A program made the position numbers and the translations under genes. The notes below the pieces were generated by a model that worked only from the letters and a program-made list of their open reading frames with translations, did no database searches and was not told the DNA's origin. A stretch of DNA of 60,297 nt, counting the filler. It is 4 parts of 4 records of this genome, joined end to end, with 100 filler letters (N's around TTAATTAATTAA, not from the genome) between each part and the next. Parts side by side here need not be neighbours in the genome. Positions count along the whole stretch, not along the records: positions 1 to 9,862 come from SRR31156797_8906; 3 more parts are not named here. The stretch is one strand, 5' to 3'. This document shows positions 1 through 8,640 of the stretch, one piece after another; positions within the stretch are counted from its first letter, which is position 1, and each line of letters begins with the position of its first letter.

Positions 1-140
1 CAAAAGGGTTTAAGAATCCCAAAACGTTTTGATAATTTTCTTTGGGATACAATGAAGAAATTTGTCTGCGTAAATTCAAAGTATTGAGTCTTGTTTTGTG
101 CTTCGAAGGTCTTTTTAACGAGCTATATGCGAAGCATACT

Positions 141-216
141 AAAAAGTTTTGAGGGGATGGGGTCTGGGGAAGGGGAACTTTTCCAAAAGTTCCCCTTCCC
201 CAGCCGCCGGAGGCAT
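141..216. repeat. REP-like intergenic palindromic element, may also act as terminator
   Basis: Perfect 19-bp inverted repeat CTGGGGAAGGGGAACTTTT (164-182) / AAAAGTTCCCCTTCCCCAG (185-203) followed by CCGCCGGAGGCAT, right after the stop of the minus-strand ABC gene. Resembles dispersed Desulfovibrionaceae repeats (from memory, not searched). Confidence 0.65.
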
Positions 217-217
217 C

Positions 218-1351
218 TTATCTCTTCAAGCTTTTTCCTACGAAAGAGAAATCGAACAAAATGGGCTTAGCGGCGGTGATGTTTGCGCCTTTCATTTTGC
301 CTTTGAATTTGTTCATGCTGTTGAGCATGGCGATAAATTCAGCCTCACCTTTGATCCAGTTTTCGGTAGGATCGGTGGTGTAGATAATGGTGGATTTTTC
401 TACTGCTTCAGCCGGAACCCCGATCCATTTGGCGGAGATAGCAGCTGTTTCCTTTTTATTGGTGTTGCTCCATTTGGAAGCTGCGGTCATGAGATCAGTC
501 ATAGCTTGCACTACTTCGGGCTGATCGGCGATGATCTGTTCGCTGGCACCCATTACGCAGCAGGGGAAATCGGTCCATGCTCCGGCAGGCGGCAGGTTAC
601 GGGAATCAAGGCCGATGTGTCCCACGTGCTTGTGCTCGGCAACAACGGGATGAGGCGCAGGTCCGACCCAGCAGTCCACCTGCTTGCTGAGCAGGGCCGG
701 GATCAGGTTGGAAGTGGATTTCAGGTCAACCATGAGGATGTCTGCCTTTGCGTCGTTGGGATTTCCGGTGATTTTGAATCCGGCCTTGTGCAGAGCACCT
801 TCAAAGGCGATACGCGGTGCGCTGGTAGGGGAATGGTAGCCGATTTTGAAAGGTGTTTTGGAAGCTTTGATTGCGGCGGCTACGTTTTCATAACCGTTGA
901 TCTTGCTGCCTTCCGGGAAAACCATGCTCATGCCGTCCACGTGCAGGGGGCAGAGGATTTTCATTTTGGTGCCCTTGTCGATACCGCTCATGAATGCGGT
1001 GCTGGAAGCAAGGCCGAGGTCCAGACGGTTCATGGCGAAAAGGGTGGTTGTTTCGGAGCCGCTTTTGGATACAATTAGGTTGATTACAGCCAGTGGTTTG
1101 CCTTCAGCAGAAAAAAGTTTGTACTTTTGTTTGGGTACCATTTCTTCCAGATAAGCACCGGAATTTTGAAATTCCTTACCCTTAATTGCCGCGACCATGA
1201 CCGGGGTGTGGTGGGTGGTGAAAATATATCCCATGTACAGGCTGGGAAGTTTGCTCTTCGCTGCATGCGCAGCACCGGCGTTGAAACTAAATGCCAGCAG
1301 CAATGCCGCGAGGATTACAAATCCTTTGTTGAAAAATCCTTTAACGTTCAT
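218..1351 (-). CDS. ABC transporter substrate-binding protein, NMT1/SsuA (nitrate/sulfonate-type) family, with a PCC motif
   Basis: Signal peptide (MNVKGFF...AAHAA); AGGAG RBS before ATG at 1351; SsuA/NrtA-like segments KIGYHSPTSA, LIPALLSKQVD and DFPCCV. Confidence 0.8.
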   Translation of the reverse strand: MNVKGFFNKGFVILAALLLAFSFNAGAAHAAKSKLPSLYMGYIFTTHHTPVMVAAIKGKEFQNSGAYLEEMVPKQKYKLFSAEGKPLAVINLIVSKSGSETTTLFAMNRLDLGLASSTAFMSGIDKGTKMKILCPLHVDGMSMVFPEGSKINGYENVAAAIKASKTPFKIGYHSPTSAPRIAFEGALHKAGFKITGNPNDAKADILMVDLKSTSNLIPALLSKQVDCWVGPAPHPVVAEHKHVGHIGLDSRNLPPAGAWTDFPCCVMGASEQIIADQPEVVQAMTDLMTAASKWSNTNKKETAAISAKWIGVPAEAVEKSTIIYTTDPTENWIKGEAEFIAMLNSMNKFKGKMKGANITAAKPILFDFSFVGKSLKR

Positions 1352-1370
1352 CCTTGTCTCCTTGAATTGT

Positions 1371-2504
1371 TTACTCTGCAAGCTCAACGAACGCTTCAAT
1401 ACGGGTCCGCAGTTGCTCAATGTCTGATTCAGAATAGTCGGTCTCTATGTGCAGGAAAGGCAGACCTATTTCGTCCTCCACGAAATTACGCAGAATGGTG
1501 GATTCTGCATTGTAGGTATGGCAGCCCAGCCACGTGAGATCGATAATTGCGTCTATTTCAAAGGTTTTGACCATCTCGCTGATGGAATCCAGCCTGCCGG
1601 GATTGGGGCTCATACAGGAGCAGGGGACCTGCAGGTAACGGCGGGCAATCGCTTCGTAGGGATCGCCGGTTTCATCTACCGGGAGAGTCAGCCCTTTAAG
1701 GCCGGAACAGTTTTCCATGCAGACCACATGGGCACCCAGTTCTTCGGTGATTGTGATGGCCTTTTCCGATCCTTTGCCCACTGGACATCCGGTCAGCATT
1801 ATGCGTACCCCTTTCTTTTCCTGAAGGTCCGGGCGGCTCAGATATTCATCTATTTCACTTCGCAAGGTCTGTAATTTCTGCAGGTAGCTTTCCGGGTTAA
1901 CTGAGAAGCTTTTGCTTTCCTGTACTGCGAGCATATCGAGGGCGGTAAGTGGTGAGCGTTTATCGGCGCAGAGAATCATTAGTTCGTAGAGTTCTTTGCG
2001 GATTTTATTTTGCAGGATGATTTCTGCGTGTAGGGCTTCTCCAGTTACCTTTATGCCAGAATATTTTACGAGAAATTCTTCGAGCTCATGCAATCCTGCC
2101 AGCCAATATTTGAACGGGGCATCTCCTTTTTGGGTATGGGGGAGCTGCATGAGATGGAGCGGTTTGATGGTTTCCATCAGCTCATACATCTTCTTTTTGC
2201 CGTCGCAGGTGGTCTCGGCGATGATGATGTCCGAAAAGCCGAAAAAAGGGCAGGTATCTGTTACAGCATAGCCGTAGCTGGATTTGATCAGTGGGCAGAG
2301 GCTGGCCGGGAGCTCACGTTCTGCTTCCTTGATGGGAGCCTGTTTTTTTCCGCAAAGACTTACCGGGGCAATTCCGGCTGCGCGGATAAGTTCGTTAGGA
2401 GCATAAATACAGTACACTCCGGCAACTTTTTTCCCTTGGTCTTTCCAATCTTCAAGTTCCGCCAGACTATATTCAGAAAAAGAAATGAACGGCTTCAAGT
2501 TCAC
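1371..2504 (-). CDS. Double-cubane-cluster protein / 2-hydroxyacyl-CoA dehydratase D-component (YjiM-like)
   Basis: Motifs YCIYAP, LCPLIKSSYG, TTCDGKKKMYE, LTGCP, ENCSG, PCSC, GCHTY and IETDYSESDIEQLRTRIEAFVE. Probable GTG start at 2504 after AAGGA. Confidence 0.88.
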   Translation of the reverse strand: MNLKPFISFSEYSLAELEDWKDQGKKVAGVYCIYAPNELIRAAGIAPVSLCGKKQAPIKEAERELPASLCPLIKSSYGYAVTDTCPFFGFSDIIIAETTCDGKKKMYELMETIKPLHLMQLPHTQKGDAPFKYWLAGLHELEEFLVKYSGIKVTGEALHAEIILQNKIRKELYELMILCADKRSPLTALDMLAVQESKSFSVNPESYLQKLQTLRSEIDEYLSRPDLQEKKGVRIMLTGCPVGKGSEKAITITEELGAHVVCMENCSGLKGLTLPVDETGDPYEAIARRYLQVPCSCMSPNPGRLDSISEMVKTFEIDAIIDLTWLGCHTYNAESTILRNFVEDEIGLPFLHIETDYSESDIEQLRTRIEAFVELAE

Positions 2505-2960
2505 GGATTCATCCTTTTTTATAAAAGTGAATAATTGTTCATTAAATATGAGTGTGTCATAATTTTCGAGGCTAAATGAGCACAGAACAACAGTTGAGTC
2601 CAATTGGTTTTTGAAATGATTTGATTGGTTTAGGATAGATTTTTGTGATTCGTGATTGCTGTGAGGATCTATTAAGGAGGGGAGAAAGTTATGCGCAGTT
2701 TAGATTTTTACGAGATCAGTTAGTTGTTTATTTTAACATATATGATTTTTCGTAAATTTTGCTTTGGAAAATTCTTTATGATTAATAAGTTACTTCGATA
2801 GGTTGAGTGCTTGTTGATTTGATTAAAACTATAAAGAGATGCTTGTTTCATACCTTTAGAATAGGAAATTGTTTTCTTAATCTCTTGATATATTGTGAAA
2901 AAATAAATTTGTTCCAAACCGTACGCAGTCCCGTGAATTTTGATGTTAGCTCCCGCTTTC

Positions 2961-2990
2961 TTTAATTGTGCCCTATACGGCATAATTAAA
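2961..2990. promoter_or_regulatory. Palindromic candidate operator upstream of the FmdE/ModE-like operon
   Basis: TTTAATTGTGCC-N6-GGCATAATTAAA (11/12 inverted repeat), 22 nt before the ATG at 3013. Confidence 0.45.
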
Positions 2991-3012
2991 GTTTTTAGCA
3001 TATGGAGAAAAC

Positions 3013-4698
3013 ATGAATCTTGAAGCCGCTATCTGTCAGGAAAATACCCCGGTCCGTGATGATTCCATCGGTCCGTATACATATGATGAATTTATTGAAG
3101 CTGCCCGTAGATTTCACGGTAGCCCCGCGCCGGGACTTATTCTCGGTGGCTATATGATGGAAGAGGCCCGCAAACATCTTCCTGATGGTGCAATTTTCGA
3201 TGCAATTTCCGAGACTTCATGGTGCCTACCGGATGCCGTGCAGATGCTCACTGTGTGCAGCACAGGTAACGGCTGGTTGCGAGTTAAGAATCTCGGGGTC
3301 TATGCCCTGTCTCTCTATGATAAGTACACTGGCGAGGGTGTGCGTATCCGGGTTGACCCCGAGAAGCTTAAAGACTGGCCGGAAACCGAATCATGGTTTT
3401 TCAAAAGACGCCCCAAGCATGAGCAGGATTCCGTAAAGCTTCATGCCGAAATTAGAGAAGCGGGCGCATCTTTTTGTTCCGTCGAGGCTGTGCAGATCAA
3501 GCCTGAAGCAATGATCAAGCGCAGCAAGGGCGGCATCACAACCTGTCCCATTTGTGGGGATGCTTATCCCGGTTCATTCGGTGCTATCTGTCGAAGCTGT
3601 CAGGGTGAAAGTCCATACGCCAGCCGCGATTCAGGACTCAAGGCTTCCACTGCAAAGCTCCCCGAAGGACTCAAGGTGGTGCCGGTGGATGAGGCTGAAG
3701 GTAAGACCGCAGTCCACGACATGACCCGCATTGTTCCCGGCGAAAGCAAGGGACCGGAGTTCCGCAAGGATCATGATTTCACTGCCCATGATATCTGTAG
3801 ACTTCAGATGATTGGCAAGAACCACATCTATGTGGACGAAGGCGATATTCCCGAAGGGGAGTGGGTGCACGAGAATGAGGCCGCCCGGACCTTCGGCCGC
3901 ATCATGGCCGGGGACGGTATCTGTACCGATGGCGAGCCCAAGGAAGGCAAAGTAACCCTGCTCGCCGAACATGACGGGGTTCTGGTCAGCGATCTTGAAA
4001 TGATGAACCGTTTTAATCTTGTTCCTGACGTGATGGTTGCGGCCCGTAAGAGCGGCACTCTGGTCAAGGAGGGCGCACGTATTGCCGGGACCCGCGCTAT
4101 TCCCCTCTATCTATCCCGTGAGAATTTTTCCCGCGCTGTTTCCGCACTGAACGGCGATCCGCTGTTCAAGGTCCTTCCCCTGCAACGTAAAAAGGTCGGT
4201 ATCCTCATCACCGGGGATGAGGTTTTCAACGGCCTGATCGATGATAAATTTGAGTCTGTCATCACCGCAAAGGTGCAGGCATTGGGTTGCGAGGTTGTCC
4301 GCTCTGTCATTAAACCGGATGACCGCGAGGAAATCCGCGACGCGGCCCTTTCTCTCATGAAAGAAGGTTGTGACCTGCTCATCACAACCGCAGGAATGTC
4401 TGTTGATCCTGATGACGTGACCCGCCACGGCCTGGTGGATGCCGGAGTATCCGACCTCCTGTATGGTGCTCCGGTACTCCCCGGCACCATGCTGCTGCTG
4501 GCTAAGGCTGGCAATGCAAGGGTAATCGGTGTTCCGGCTTGTGCGCTTTTCTTCAAGACAACCAGTTTAGACTTAGTATTACCCAAGGTGATTGCCGGAC
4601 AGGAAATTACCCGCAGTGATCTCGCTTCATTTGCTGACGGCGGCTACTGCATGGAATGCAAGGTCTGCACGTTCCCTAAATGTCCTTTCGGAAAATAG
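3013..4698 (+). CDS. FmdE-family protein fused to a zinc finger and a molybdopterin-binding (MoeA/MogA-like) domain
   Basis: FHGSPAPGLILG and CLPDAVQ..CSTGNG (FmdE); CPICG..CRSC finger; ILITGDEV and TAGMSVDPDDVT..GAPVLPG (MoCF_biosynth); C-terminal CxxCxxCxxxxC. GGAG RBS. Confidence 0.85.
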   Translation: MNLEAAICQENTPVRDDSIGPYTYDEFIEAARRFHGSPAPGLILGGYMMEEARKHLPDGAIFDAISETSWCLPDAVQMLTVCSTGNGWLRVKNLGVYALSLYDKYTGEGVRIRVDPEKLKDWPETESWFFKRRPKHEQDSVKLHAEIREAGASFCSVEAVQIKPEAMIKRSKGGITTCPICGDAYPGSFGAICRSCQGESPYASRDSGLKASTAKLPEGLKVVPVDEAEGKTAVHDMTRIVPGESKGPEFRKDHDFTAHDICRLQMIGKNHIYVDEGDIPEGEWVHENEAARTFGRIMAGDGICTDGEPKEGKVTLLAEHDGVLVSDLEMMNRFNLVPDVMVAARKSGTLVKEGARIAGTRAIPLYLSRENFSRAVSALNGDPLFKVLPLQRKKVGILITGDEVFNGLIDDKFESVITAKVQALGCEVVRSVIKPDDREEIRDAALSLMKEGCDLLITTAGMSVDPDDVTRHGLVDAGVSDLLYGAPVLPGTMLLLAKAGNARVIGVPACALFFKTTSLDLVLPKVIAGQEITRSDLASFADGGYCMECKVCTFPKCPFGK

Positions 4699-4707
4699 GA
4701 GGCGAGT

Positions 4708-5127
4708 ATGAACAAGAACATCGATCCGCCCGAATTGGGTTCAACTGCGGCATTGGTCCAGATGGATAGCCACAATCCCACAATCCGGCTGCATCTCTGG
4801 CTGGAAGGAGGCGAGGGGGTGTTCTTCGGCTATGGCAGGCTGCTCCTGCTGGATAAGATCGAAACCTGCGGTTCGCTCAAAAAAGCATCCGAAGAGTTGG
4901 GCATGTCCTACCGCGCCGCTTGGGGCAAGATCAAACAGACCGAGCAGGTCTTAGGTTTCCAGCTCATGGAAAGGGCAGGCAGCAGGCGCAGCGGTTACCG
5001 CTTAACCGAAGCCGGACGTGTTGTGCGTGACAAGTACCTAGAGTGGTTCAACAAGGTTGAGCAGGATGCCCGCGCCAGGGCTGAGGAGATTTTTCCTTGG
5101 AAGTCCAAGAGTTTCGGGGAAAACTAA
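4708..5127 (+). CDS. ModE-family winged-helix regulator (N-terminal HTH only)
   Basis: FGYGRLLLLDKIETCGSLKKASEELGMSYRAAWGKI is the ModE N-terminal signature. No molybdate-binding Mop domains. GGAGG RBS. Confidence 0.85.
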   Translation: MNKNIDPPELGSTAALVQMDSHNPTIRLHLWLEGGEGVFFGYGRLLLLDKIETCGSLKKASEELGMSYRAAWGKIKQTEQVLGFQLMERAGSRRSGYRLTEAGRVVRDKYLEWFNKVEQDARARAEEIFPWKSKSFGEN

Positions 5128-5130
5128 AAA

Positions 5131-5175
5131 AACAAGGGCCTTGCATGGATACCCATGCAAGGCCCGTTTCTTTTA
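5131..5175. terminator. Bidirectional intrinsic terminator
   Basis: 13-bp perfect stem GGGCCTTGCATGG / CCATGCAAGGCCC (5136-5165) with flanking A and T tracts, between convergent genes. Confidence 0.85.
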
Positions 5176-5185
5176 TTAGGTAAAG

Positions 5186-6841
5186 CTAAGCCTTCCAGCC
5201 CGGTCCTTTAACCACAATCTCATTCAATACACGGCCCATTTCCGGGCTTTCCATCATTCCGGTCACAACTTCGATATAGCATCCGCTGTCCGCTGCTGCG
5301 GCCTTTTGCAATGCCTCGTCCAGTTCGCGGTTGGTGGTCACCTTTGCGCTGAACCAGCCATCCATGCCGAGAGCTTTAGGCAGTTTGCTGTAATTCCACT
5401 GGGCCAGATCATTATAATAAATGTAGGGATCTTCGCAGAGCAGCCGCTCGATGAGGTAGCCGTCGTTATTCACGCAGATGATTATGGGCTTGAGCTTGAA
5501 GCGCGCAAACTGGCAGATTTCCTGTACGGTCATCTGGTGCGCGCCTTCCCCGGTCAGCAGCAGCGTGCGCCGTTCGGGTGCGGCAAGTGCTGCCCCGAAA
5601 GCTGCCGGAGTAGCCCAGCCGATGGAGCCCCAGAGGGTCTGGTTGAAGAACACCGCATCCTCGGGCAGCCGCGAATTTACCAGCCCCATAGAGGCGGTCC
5701 CGGTTTCACCCATGATGATGTCATTCGCTACGAAAAAGCGTTCAATGCGCGGGTAAAGGGATTCCGCAGTGATCTCATCATCCGCTGCCCCCACTGGTGC
5801 TCCGAGCCCCTGCGGAGTCATAGGGATAGGCAGGGACAGGTTGCCGATGCGCACGCAAAGTTCGCGTAGCACGTCTTCCAGCAGCACATTATGGTATACC
5901 GCATGCCCGATGCAGACCCGGTCAGGATGGATTTTGATTTCATGGTTGGGCCTGATATTTACGGTAAAGGCCCCGGTGTTGATGTCGGAGCGGATAGTAC
6001 CGAAGCTGACCACCAGATCAGCGGATTCAACAGTCTGCCGCACTTTCTCATCAAGAATGCGTCCGTTGTAGACCCCGATGAAATTAGGATGTGTTTCGGA
6101 GAGCGTACCTTTTGCCATGAACATGGAAGTAAAGGGAACCCCTGATTTATCAATGAATTCAAGCATCGGTTCATGCAGCTCATAGCGTCCGATTAGAGCA
6201 CCGACCATAGCAATAGCGCTTTCTGCTTTTTCCAGCCTTTCGATGATTAAAGGAATGACCGTATCAAGGGTATCCTGATCGCTGACAGGCACAGGCAGGG
6301 TATGCGGTTTGGTGCAGCCCAGTTCCTTGAGCGCTTCATCCGCAGGCACGGCAATATAGACGGGCTGTTTTTTGGTCAGCGCGGCGTTAATACAGCGTTC
6401 CACCTCTGCCACGGTATTTTCGGCAGTAAGGATGGTACTGGCGCAGACCACAGGCTGGGTCATTTTATAAAAGAGGTCGAATTCACCGTTGCCAAGTGAA
6501 TGGTGGATAAGGTTGCCGTTGCGCTGCACCGAGCATTTGGGAATGCCCACAATATGAAAGACAGGCAGGTTTTCAGCATAGCATCCGGCAATACCGTTAA
6601 TGGCGCTCAGTTCGCCCACGCCGTAGGTGGTGCAGACAGCGGACTTACCTTTGATGCGGGCGTAGCCGTCCGCGGCATATGCGGCGTTGAGTTCGTTGCA
6701 GCAGCCGATCCAGTTGAAGTCTGAATCTGTGCAGAAGGCATCATTAACCGGGAAGGAATAATCGCCCGGAACCCCGAAAATATCCGTTATTCCGATTCCT
6801 TTTAGCCGTTCAAGCAAATGCTGGATAACTGTCTGGCTCAT
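5186..6841 (-). CDS. ThDP-dependent 2-oxoacid decarboxylase (indolepyruvate/phenylpyruvate decarboxylase family)
   Basis: FGVPGDY, CCNELNAAYAADGYAR, TTYGVGELSAING, LWGSIGW and the ThDP motif GEGA...NNDGY. Confidence 0.9.
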   Translation of the reverse strand: MSQTVIQHLLERLKGIGITDIFGVPGDYSFPVNDAFCTDSDFNWIGCCNELNAAYAADGYARIKGKSAVCTTYGVGELSAINGIAGCYAENLPVFHIVGIPKCSVQRNGNLIHHSLGNGEFDLFYKMTQPVVCASTILTAENTVAEVERCINAALTKKQPVYIAVPADEALKELGCTKPHTLPVPVSDQDTLDTVIPLIIERLEKAESAIAMVGALIGRYELHEPMLEFIDKSGVPFTSMFMAKGTLSETHPNFIGVYNGRILDEKVRQTVESADLVVSFGTIRSDINTGAFTVNIRPNHEIKIHPDRVCIGHAVYHNVLLEDVLRELCVRIGNLSLPIPMTPQGLGAPVGAADDEITAESLYPRIERFFVANDIIMGETGTASMGLVNSRLPEDAVFFNQTLWGSIGWATPAAFGAALAAPERRTLLLTGEGAHQMTVQEICQFARFKLKPIIICVNNDGYLIERLLCEDPYIYYNDLAQWNYSKLPKALGMDGWFSAKVTTNRELDEALQKAAAADSGCYIEVVTGMMESPEMGRVLNEIVVKGPGWKA

Positions 6842-6979
6842 AGGTAATCCCCCTATTGGTTTGGTGACAGGGTAGTATGGTTTTAGGTGCCATTCTGCCA
6901 TTGTGGGGGATTTGTGTCTATGGGGGGAGTTCCTAGTCAGAATGAATGTTAAAATTTCTTTGCATTCTTATTTTGTTTG

Positions 6980-7423
6980 CTATTCGGAATTATTTGCTCT
7001 TCTTAAATTTCTTGCCCAAGCTTTTTTGCCATGCCCGCCACGGAGGTAGCATGTTCCGTTCTCTTTAATTGACGAAATTATTTCAACTTGTTTTGAATTA
7101 TATTCATTAATAACTTTTACGCCAGGTTCGAGTTTTTCTTGTTCAATTGCATTCATATTTAATTGATGCATGATGTCATCAATTACTGCATGCGCCTCTC
7201 TTTTTGTTGCATTTGATATATCGTATCCCATATCTTTTGCAAAAGATGTTTGCCGTTCAGTTGGGCACCCCAAATTGTCGATGCCATTAAAATGTTTGTC
7301 TATCGTGTCATGAATTTTGGCTAAAGATAATGATAATGAACAGCCTGTTAAATCTATTCCAAGCTTCATTCCAAATTTAATTTGATCAGGTGTGACTATT
7401 TCGATGTGAGTTAATTTTAGCAT
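6980..7423 (-). CDS. Hypothetical protein with two internal TxxQ helical repeats and a beta-rich C-terminus
   Basis: 147-aa AT-rich ORF with repeats TPDQIKFGMKLGIDL and TERQTSFAKDMGYDI; 11 nt downstream of the HEPN-like gene. Confidence 0.7.
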   Translation of the reverse strand: MLKLTHIEIVTPDQIKFGMKLGIDLTGCSLSLSLAKIHDTIDKHFNGIDNLGCPTERQTSFAKDMGYDISNATKREAHAVIDDIMHQLNMNAIEQEKLEPGVKVINEYNSKQVEIISSIKENGTCYLRGGHGKKAWARNLRRANNSE

Positions 7424-7434
7424 TTTACTTATCT

Positions 7435-8349
7435 CTATTTAATGTTTTCGCAGTATTCATAGCAGAGGAGGCACATGCCGTCTTCATCGGTAAATGTGTT
7501 ACCACAATCATCACATGACATTGTTTTAACATCATATCTTTTGTTGCATACTGGACAATAGAGCATGTGTTTTTCATCTTCTGTTTCAATGCGTCCTAGC
7601 TTATGTTCAAAGTCAGCAGTTTTATCAGCCAAATAGTAGCACTCAGGACAATAGTATGGTTTGCCTTTCTTATCGATATTAAAATAAATTTTTACTTTAT
7701 CTTTTGTTAGTAGTGTTATGACAGTAGAGACTTCCCAGCAAATCCTGTTGTGAATAAAGTCTGGTCCTCCTAAAATAACTTCAGGAGATGAGGAGTAAAG
7801 ATTGATTCTTTCCGTTATCCAGTGATTATTTGGAAATAAATTTTTATATGAATATAGTATGTATTCAATTACTTGTGCAACGCTAACTGCGAGTTTTTTG
7901 TCAATAGAGTGAGTAATGATGTTGCGTGTTTTTCGTATACCTTTAAATTTTTGGGCGAATTCAGGATCTAATTTTTCTTCGGCAAAAGTGTCATGTGCTA
8001 CAATCAATTCTTGTGCATCAATAGTTTTAAATTCTGAAAAGTATGCTTCGGTTTTTTTACTAATTTTAGACCAGTTTTTTGGTGGGTCAGCTATTAATAA
8101 ATATGGTGAAATAGCAGCTATTTTTCCTTTTAGGCATAATTCCACACCTTGTTGAACAATTGATAGAGCTGAGCTGAGTCGACGTTTAGATGCATCCCAG
8201 TATTCTTCACTTATTTCTTCTGGATTCCATCCTAAATATGAAGCTTCGTCTAAATCACAAAGAAGCGAAACACTCATGTCCCAAGCAATATCAAATAGTT
8301 CTTTTCCAGCTTGGTAGAAATCCTCAGCGTTTGGTATGTCGTGTATCAT
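7435..8349 (-). CDS. Putative HEPN-domain protein with C-terminal zinc ribbons
   Basis: QQGVELCLK (HEPN-like N-terminal motif), RNIITH (Rx4H) and four CxxC pairs (CPEC, CPVC, CDDC, CLLC). AT-rich. Start could be 8349 or 8445. Confidence 0.65.
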   Translation of the reverse strand: MIHDIPNAEDFYQAGKELFDIAWDMSVSLLCDLDEASYLGWNPEEISEEYWDASKRRLSSALSIVQQGVELCLKGKIAAISPYLLIADPPKNWSKISKKTEAYFSEFKTIDAQELIVAHDTFAEEKLDPEFAQKFKGIRKTRNIITHSIDKKLAVSVAQVIEYILYSYKNLFPNNHWITERINLYSSSPEVILGGPDFIHNRICWEVSTVITLLTKDKVKIYFNIDKKGKPYYCPECYYLADKTADFEHKLGRIETEDEKHMLYCPVCNKRYDVKTMSCDDCGNTFTDEDGMCLLCYEYCENIK

Positions 8350-8640
8350 TTGCTTTCTTGTATAGTTAGGTTTGTTTTTTTGTTTAATGTATACAGGAAG
8401 AGCGTTGCTGTCTATCGCCTCATAAGCAATAGGTAATTTGTGCATAAACTACAGAACAGCCAATCTCTCATTTAATCCACCTTTCTCGAATCTTCCCAGA
8501 AATATCTCCTTCATATGTGCTAAATCTAACATATTCGAATTATTGACTTTATTTCGCGCTTAATATTCTATGGGATCATCAAAGTAATTGTCAGGCGTTT
8601 ACGCGGTTTTGTGAGCCTGATTTAAACTGAGGAGGATCTC

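Noticed and set aside
149..1078. 309-aa plus-strand ORF and other long antisense ORFs (55485-56492, 57466-58512, 59321-60049)
   Set aside because: They are shadow frames opposite well-supported genes in GC-rich sequence, with no recognisable motifs.
2720..3001. 93-aa minus-strand ORF in the divergent promoter region
   Set aside because: AT-rich intergenic sequence with no RBS or motifs.
8513..8534. ATATGT-N10-ACATAT upstream of fdnG as a second copy of the 2961-2990 operator
   Set aside because: The half-site spacing differs and a 6-bp AT-rich palindrome is expected by chance.
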